In this document: positions 63,701 through 64,000 of the stretch, piece by piece
Numbering within the stretch: position 1 is the first letter of the stretch
How the letters are laid out: every line of letters begins with the position of its first letter
NCBI GenBank assembly: GCA_030704615.1
Contig: CM060734.1
Coordinates: forward strand, 20,832,001-20,896,000
Direction of reading: 5' to 3'
From: Takakia lepidozioides
Lineage: Eukaryota; Plantae; Bryophyta
DNA length: 64,000 bases
The notes under the pieces: generated by a model
Told to the model about the DNA's origin: nothing
Seen by the model: only the letters and a program-made list of their open reading frames with translations
Database searches by the model: none
Position numbers and translations under genes: made by a program

Positions 63701-64000
63701 TGCTCCCATAGTCTAAGATTCAATGGATTGGACGACTAAGATTATGATTCCTTGCAGAAAGAAAATTTATGACTAGTTAATTTGACTATATTACCCCTCC
63801 CATACAAATATGAAGTATGTTGAGACTTTGTAACGGCTCAATATTTTGACATGCGGCTTTGTCTCTAGGTATTCCCATTGCAGTCTGGGAAGAGATGGAC
63901 AAGAAGTGCCACTCATTCAGGTCCCTATACCTGCACTTTATGCACGCTCTACTGTCTCACTTCCCCTGCCTTGTGCCCATATAAAGAAGGGCCCTCCAAT

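Overview
Eukaryotic nuclear DNA, most consistent with a seed-free land plant (bryophyte, lycophyte or fern): GT-AG introns, PLS-type PPR remnants and plant TE families. I can support only one intact host gene. It is a 10-exon, ~1055-aa UPF1-like SF1 helicase (SMUBP-2/IGHMBP2-like, Arabidopsis At5g35970 type) at 6762-19123 (+). The rest is nested, mostly decayed mobile DNA. Non-LTR content spans four clades: a Dualen/RandI-like RT fragment, a head-to-tail RTEX array at (GA)n in the last helicase intron, a full-length L1 with TSD, and a CRE element with a 5' inversion. Also present are Gypsy-like gag, integrase and LTR pieces, a GCM-like-domain Mutator transposase, a hAT BED fragment, MITEs, CACTA ends, five arrays of a palindromic unit, and two broken PPR clusters. 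The best candidates for something undescribed are: (i) a conserved unknown extra ORF just before the PPT of two divergent LTR elements; (ii) the palindrome arrays; (iii) an OSB PDF motif next to PLS-PPR repeats; (iv) RTEX copies stacked at GA microsatellites. All family assignments come from motif recognition by eye; no searches were run.
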